DNA of 12,466 bases, taken from NCBI GenBank assembly GCA_965233585.1, contig CBDDTI010000738.1, forward strand, positions 1-12,466, read 5' to 3'. Each line of letters starts with the position of its first letter. Position 1 is the first letter of the stretch. Source of the DNA: a bacterium (GTDB lineage: Bacteria; SAR324; NAC60-12). Positions 9,832-12,466 of the stretch are shown piece by piece. The notes under the pieces are model-generated. The model was given only the letters and a program-made list of their open reading frames with translations, was not told the DNA's origin and made no database searches. The position numbers and the translations under genes are program-made.

Positions 9832-11105
9832 CAGTGCTTTCAGTAATACCCAGCTACCGCCGGAGCTCCGGCGGGTACTCTCTTGCGACTCTCTCCTCCG
9901 CAGAGGTTCAAGCGTTCGTTATATCAATCCGCTGTGCAAAGTGTACCGCAGGCGCAAAGTCGAATGGATCGATCAGGCGGAGAACCTCTGCCAGATGTAT
10001 GTCAATTTCTCGTACATCCTTGTCGTTTTCTCGTACATCGATGGATTTCTCGACTTTGGCTACATTTGACAGCTTGAAACTCACAGAAACCCATTGCTAA
10101 TTATGTGGCTACAGTTTGCATTTGTTTTTTTTTTTAAGTCTAATTTCATATTTTCTAAGAAACGAAGCAAAGTGTTTTACTTTGAAGGCCCTCCTGAAAC
10201 CCGTTGGGGTAGTTGTGCATGTTGTCTTTTTCTCTTGGAATAACAATAATGTGCGGTCGATTCGGAGTTTCACTGTTCTCTTCAAGAGCTGTATCTTGAT
10301 GGTAAATATGAATTTAAATAAGACAATCTTGCAATCTAATATATTATATTTCGCTTGTTCATTTTATTTGCAATCGTAAATTAGCTAAAAGACTGAAGCT
10401 TCAATTTTGCTCATAATTTCACGAAGGAAATTTTTTGGTTCGCCCAACAGAGAAACGTTAAAATAACTGACTTACTTGTTCTTGTCTTTTATGCAGACAG
10501 AATTGCGATGTTGTTTAGAATTTCAGCAGCCATGAGTTTCCTGAGCGCATTTTTTCTCGCTTCATTTCTTCATCACCATAAACACGATCTCGACCGAGAA
10601 TGTTGAATTCGATAGCGATGGCTCAATCCCTCGAAGCTAAACAAAAGATGCTTAGAAAAACAGTTTTCATGAGTACAACAGGCTCCAGCTTATCTCAATT
10701 TCCATGCACTGAAGCATGTTTTAGCTAAACCTTAGACATCGCTGAACCTCAAAATCTTGCCCGCCAACTTTACCGTGACACAAGGTACGCAAGCCACCCC
10801 AGAGAGTAGTTCACTAAAAATTGTCTCCCCCGGATGGCGGCCATCTTGGGTGTGGTATCTGGCAGAGGCTCCCGCGCTTTCCGCCGTCGCCTGTAACCCA
10901 GTGCCTGTACTTACATTACTCAGCGGATACTCCCCACCTGAAAAACCCTGTGAGTCTCTGCGGAGGAGAGAGGTCTTGCGAATCGTCGACTATATTCCTG
11001 CATTTTCCACTAGAGGAAAAGGGGCCTTGGGGCCCCTTTTATCAGCTCCGGTGGGTGCTAGCAAAAGGGAGACACCTACTTCAAATCTTACTGATTTAAG
11101 CACTG
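9832..11105. mobile_element. CAGTG...CACTG MITE (~180 bp once the inner insert is removed), flanked by 5-bp direct repeats
   Basis: TIRs cagtgctttcagtaa / ttactgatttaagcactg. CCTGG at 9827-9831 and 11106-11110. Subterminal agctccgg(c/t)gggt(a/g)ct at both ends. Confidence 0.75.
9889..10972. mobile_element. Young 1084-bp non-autonomous DNA transposon
   Basis: Perfect 17-bp TIRs ctctctcctccgcagag / ctctgcggaggagagag. Flanks ctcttgcga (9880-9888) / gtcttgcga (10973-10981), i.e. a 9-bp TSD with one mismatch. CpG-rich. Confidence 0.9.
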
Positions 11106-11335
11106 CCTGGAGAGTTGGTATAGGTGCCATGATTATGCTCCTTATTTTCAACTCTCTTCTCAGTGTTTAGAAAATGTGGTCCAACTTGGTCTTACATGTT
11201 TGATGTATGGTACTTCTAGAATTTGTACATGTACATGGATATGAAAGGGCTATAAAGACTATCCTAATTATCTCATGTAATATAATATTATTCCCATGAC
11301 ATAGCCATTCTAAACAAATTATTTACCTTTAACAG

Positions 11336-11410
11336 GCTGACATATTCCCTGAAACTGGTGGCCGAGTGTTTTATAATGAAGCTGTGATGTCAATGAATGG
11401 TGTTCCAACT
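11336..11410 (+). CDS. MCCC2-like: Coding exon 2 (25 aa) of MCCC2-like gene
   Basis: Acceptor tttacctttaacag|, donor |gtaagt. 75 nt, phase 0/0. Reads ADIFPETGGRVFYNEAVMSMNGVPT, the expected continuation after LPLQ. Confidence 0.92.
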
Positions 11411-11996
11411 GTAAGTTGAAGATACATGGTGTTGCTTTAGAAAGCAAAGTAATTTGCCTGGGTTTTAGTCATTCAAAGTTCTAACTCCCCAGTAAAATGG
11501 TCTTGGATATTGTCTGCGTTGCTCAGTGGAAGGCTATCCTAACATCTTTGAATGTTGATTCAGAAGTACATGTAAGAAGAGTCCTGCTCTGTTTGTTTTG
11601 TTGTCATTCAACAGTTTATGTCTGTCTATAACCTTGGCTTGACTTTGATAAACCACACCAATAGTATACATGTACATTTATTGTACCAGATGTATTCTTT
11701 ATTCTACCAATTGTATTCTTTCCATGTTGCCCACTTCAATAGAGTAAAATAAATGTACATGTATTTGGTCAATTCGTACTATTTGTGCCTTGTTACAAAA
11801 AACTGCCCAATCATTGGTGAAAATGTAGCTGTTCATTTTATGTCATAATAGGTCACCATAGCAACAATATGACCTGCTAAAAGTATCCTTAATTTTAGCT
11901 TTAAGCTTTTATTATTCAAAATTGCGATCGATGACCCCCATTTTCTATTATCGAATTGTGATAAGCTTGATAAGGTGCAACTTTTTGCAAAGTTTA

Positions 11997-12078
11997 AAAA
12001 ATTCAGTATAATGGAGTCAGAGCCGCCTTCAATTTTTGAAAATTTAAGGTGGCTGTGAACCGACTCTACAGAATTTTT
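11997..12078. repeat. Imperfect palindrome, probably part of a decayed MITE in intron 2 (~11800-12190)
   Basis: aaaaattcagtataatggagtcagagccgccttcaattt pairs with aaatttaaggtggctgtgaaccgactctacagaattttt. Confidence 0.6.
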
Positions 12079-12247
12079 GTTTGGGTATCTGGGACAGTAA
12101 AAAATTGCACAACTATTAACGTAAAGAGTTGCGGCAGGTCTTTATCTTAGCAACAGATTCTCCCAAAGTCAGTCATGCAAATTAATTTAAAAGTAAATAT
12201 AACATTGAGGACAATTTGTCACTTAACTTGTGACCTGTTGTACTTAG

Positions 12248-12367
12248 ATCTGTGTTGTTTGTGGATCATGCACAGCTGGAGCTGCCTATGTCCCTACAAT
12301 GGCTGATGAGGCTGTCATTGTCAATAAAATTGGCACAATATTTCTTGGTGGTCCTCCATTAGTAAAG
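12248..12367 (+). CDS. MCCC2-like: Coding exon 3 (40 aa) of MCCC2-like gene; gene continues past window
   Basis: Acceptor tgtacttag|, donor AAG|gtact. 120 nt. Reads [40 protein letters not shown], with the GSCTAG.AY.P and GTIFL.GPPLVK signatures. Confidence 0.93.
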
Positions 12368-12466
12368 GTACTACTTTATTAGTCAAGTGATAAATACTTA
12401 CAAGTGCTAGAGTTTAAATAGGTGGAAAGCATAATTTGCATATTGAGTGTTGTAAAAAAAAAAAAA

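Larger units (their letters stand above)
9469..11126. mobile_element. hAT-like non-autonomous element (host of inner insertions)
   Basis: Ends cagagatgccaac / gttggtataggtg (CA...TG, degenerate TIR). Flanks ccccatta / ccatgatta could be a degenerate ~8-bp TSD. Repeated ggaga motifs at 9490-9740 resume at 11109. Confidence 0.55.

Noticed and set aside
11017..11040. GC hairpin with A/T tails resembling an intrinsic terminator
   Set aside because: Lies inside a MITE in a spliceosomal intron, with no bacterial gene upstream.
10757..11170. 137-aa and 92-aa ORFs
   Set aside because: They cross several transposon junctions, start at non-ATG codons and show no recognisable motif.
12454..12466. Terminal poly(A)
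   Set aside because: Falls within intron 3 at the window edge, so it is a genomic A-run and not an mRNA tail.

Overview
AT-rich eukaryotic genomic DNA with spliceosomal introns. The repeat repertoire resembles cnidarian (stony coral) genomes, but that is an inference. One clear protein-coding gene is present: the first three coding exons (7650-8225, 11336-11410, 12248-12367; + strand, all phase-0 GT-AG junctions) of a mitochondrial carboxyl-transferase of the methylcrotonoyl-CoA carboxylase beta (MCCC2) family. It looks like a divergent paralog rather than canonical MCCC2 and continues beyond the window. The rest is mostly transposon-derived: long palindromic elements, a PIF/Harbinger derivative with a decayed MADF ORF and nested MITEs, a Kolobok-type MITE, a Penelope-like GIY-YIG relic with a decayed hammerhead motif, a LINE-like tail, a Helentron-like element with a higher-order tandem array, and a four-level nested insertion in intron 1. 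There is also a candidate unannotated minus-strand exon. I see no CRISPR array, no RNA genes, and no prokaryote-style novel system.
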